From NCBI GenBank assembly GCA_903911145.1, contig CAIWCD010000003.1, positions 126,642 through 162,581 on the forward strand: DNA of 35,940 nt, read 5' to 3'. The translations under genes and the position numbers were made by a program. This DNA comes from an uncultured delta proteobacterium. Lineage in GTDB: Bacteria > Myxococcota > Myxococcia > Myxococcales > 40CM-4-68-19. Below are positions 35,804 to 35,940 of the stretch, piece by piece (position 1 is the first letter of the stretch; every line of letters starts with the position of its first letter). The notes under the pieces are model-generated. The model had not been told where the DNA came from. It worked only from the letters and a program-made list of their open reading frames with translations, and did not search any database.

Positions 35804-35940
35804 CAGGGTGTTGATTTTCTGATCGACGGGGATCTTCGGCTGTGATCGAGTTGCTGCATGCGCGGACCGGTCGAGCAACAGGCGACGATGTTGAGCACGG
35901 TGTCGACGGATTCGCGGGTGCCATCGCGGCATCCGCTGCG
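35804..35940 (+). mobile_element. Probable left end of an IS5/IS1182-type insertion sequence
   Basis: CTAG (35800-35803) followed by CAGGGTGTTGATTTT, then a transposase-like ORF start 54 nt later. The right end is outside the window, so the inverted repeat cannot be verified. Confidence 0.65.
35858..35940 (+). CDS. Transposase N-terminus (DUF772-type), partial
   Basis: Hand translation MRGPVEQQATMLSTVSTDSRVPSRHPLR matches the recalled N-terminal pattern MRG....Q..M.S.VS.E.RVP..HPLR of IS5-type transposases. Only ~27 codons are visible. Confidence 0.7.
   Translation, partial: MRGPVEQQATMLSTVSTDSRVPSRHPL

Overview
GC-rich window whose protein signatures (Cys-rich lipoproteins, DGG/DAG inserts) suggest a myxobacterium-like organism; this is an inference. 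(1) 1-8983: minus-strand surface-protein locus. It holds a coiled-coil lipoprotein, a ~2300-aa secreted protein (TSP3-like motif, PKD, prenyltransferase/squalene-cyclase-like alpha/alpha toroid, PKDs, 13 HYR repeats) and a Cys-rich/Ig/FN3 lipoprotein that runs off the left edge and is missing from the ORF track. (2) 9212-25898: a complete but split and reordered ebo cluster (eboAB // eboDEFC). It is extended by a VOC protein, a radical SAM enzyme with CX14CX2C and an O-methyltransferase. It is interrupted by a ~7.6 kb block encoding a P450, a cupredoxin lipoprotein with a rewired CuA motif, a SCO-FG-GAP-ASPIC/UnbV fusion, a cation:H+ antiporter and an UnbU/RnfD-like Sel1 fusion. This is the best candidate for an undescribed biosynthetic/export system. 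(3) 25941-35660: accessory genes (orphan LivK-type binding protein, Bcp, NarX/NarL-type two-component pair, PI-PLC-like lipoprotein, WG-repeat lipoprotein, beta-barrel, DUF2177-PlsC-DUF1295 operon). (4) The right edge carries the probable left end of an IS5-type element. All family calls come from motif recognition by eye; no database searches were run.
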